Positions 62,453 to 64,000 of a stretch of 64,000 bases of DNA are shown here, in pieces. This stretch comes from Mobula birostris. Taxonomy: Eukaryota. The translations under genes were made by a program, and so were the position numbers. Positions within the stretch are counted from its first letter, which is position 1. Each line of letters opens with the position of its first letter. Below the pieces are notes generated by a model that worked only from the letters and a program-made list of their open reading frames with translations, searched no databases and was not told where the DNA came from. Where the stretch lies: the NCBI RefSeq assembly GCF_030028105.1, contig NC_092376.1, positions 75,626,935 through 75,690,934 of the forward strand. Reading direction: 5' to 3'.

Positions 62453-64000
62453 TATAATAATATTTTATATTTACTGCATTAATAATATTTACTGCATCAA
62501 CTAGTAACCTAAAGCCATTCATTCACTGAGGCCAATAAGAACCTCCTGATATCTACTACGAAAACAATACCCTTAAAGACACCACAGAATTAATGGCAAT
62601 GAAATTTGACTTAAGAAAACTTTTATGCGTCTGTCCGAACCCAGACAGCCCCTACTGGAAAACACTTCAAACCTTACAAACAAATAATAGCCCCACCTTT
62701 TAATGGTACATTTCTTGGATTACTGTATGTAACACTACACATCTGAGTCATAAAATCCTGAGCTTTAACCTTCCAAGGAAAGCCAGACATATAAGGACAG
62801 CTCAGAGAAGTTGTGGCCTTCTGCTCCCCATTTAGAATACATGGAGCTGCACAGGTGGTGGCTGTGGTCACCCAAGTGAGATACTGAACCCTTGCTGTCA
62901 ATGACCTGTGGAAGCATTACAGCCATACACCTTGTCACACCTGAAGCTGTTGAATGGATATCCAAGTGCGACGGCTTCCTCAGCCACATAAATACTTATT
63001 TATTGACCATAATGCAGTTAAGGGCAGCTGTAGACTTGGAAAAGTAAATGCTGGCTTCCGTCCTATTAGGTTGTACAGATAAACTCTAGATATAACTTAA
63101 CTGAATAGTGAAAATAATTTTCTAACATAGACAAAATATCGTATTTTTTATTAAGGAGCGCCTCTAGTGTCCTGGGGTCAAATCTGCATGTGCCTGCTGA
63201 AGCAAATGAGAGTGGGTTCCTTTTGAAGTGTTAGATTAAACAAAAGGCTGAATGTGTAATTTTTAACTTTAAAAATATTCCAGGTAGCCCATGGAACCTA
63301 ATTACTCTAACAGTTTTTACTCTTCAGCAACCTGTCTAGCTTGTTAAATGGTGAACAATATTTTACTTCGCAGTTTACCATTGTAATAAAGAACATTCCC
63401 ACGTAAAAGGGAGAAGGTCCAGGTTTTAGATTCAGTACTGAGTGTTTAATGACAGATTTAATCTTAAGTGCATTTGAAATGGAATATAACAAAATATCCA
63501 TCTTATTAACAATAATCAGCAAAAACTGCAAAATGGTTGATTTCTCCGAAGTCAGCAGTTTAGTTCCAATTGTTGATGTTCTTGTGAGAACTAAATATGA
63601 AGGATGGAAGCTTGACAGAAATGACAGGAGGGCTTAAGCGGAAGATAACGGGGTTAGGAGAATGGATTAAATGACATTTTGCAATCCTAAATGCATGTTT
63701 GGGTTGTGAAAAATGGTATTTGCATTGCAAAGGCAGGGCCTAGATGGAATTGGTCGAAGCTGAGGGAAACAGCGTACTGGTAGCCACCTCACCACCTCAA
63801 ATTATCTCCAATTCCACAGTTCACAACCCTCACCTCCATTACCAAGTCATGTGATGTCATGCTCAACTTGCATAGGACATATCGGATACAATGAAATATT
63901 ACAACAGTGTGTGACATCCATTGTGACGCACTTGTTTATTGGGTACTTGTTGTTCCTTTTTGTATCATTAATTGTAAATATTAGTTTTATTTTAACACAC

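Overview
Eukaryotic, repeat-saturated vertebrate DNA. The mix of CR1 LINEs, Rex1/Babar LINEs, Penelope-like elements and HE1/V-type SINEs suggests a cartilaginous fish, probably a ray (inference). No intact host gene is confidently visible, and almost all ORFs in the track are decayed transposon fragments. The key object is a 3.5-kb Ty3/Gypsy (Mag/K02A2.6-like) LTR element on the minus strand (40339-43854). It has both LTRs, a tRNA-Ser PBS, a PPT and a 5-bp TSD, but its RT/RNaseH/integrase region has been replaced by an intronless copy of the host Sin3-HDAC corepressor gene SUDS3. SUDS3 lies in the same reading frame as gag-protease. This element is inserted exactly on the start codon of a Tc1 (IR/DR, DD34E) transposase, and the Tc1 is itself inside a non-autonomous repeat. 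Other notable items are many Penelope-type minimal hammerhead ribozymes (one as a ~100-bp insert with a TSD), a head-to-head pair of RTE-derived short elements with an HDV-like 5' fold, and a sushi/RTL1-type Gypsy whose two LTRs share 81 bp of extra upstream sequence. Boundaries of decayed repeats are approximate and were read by eye.
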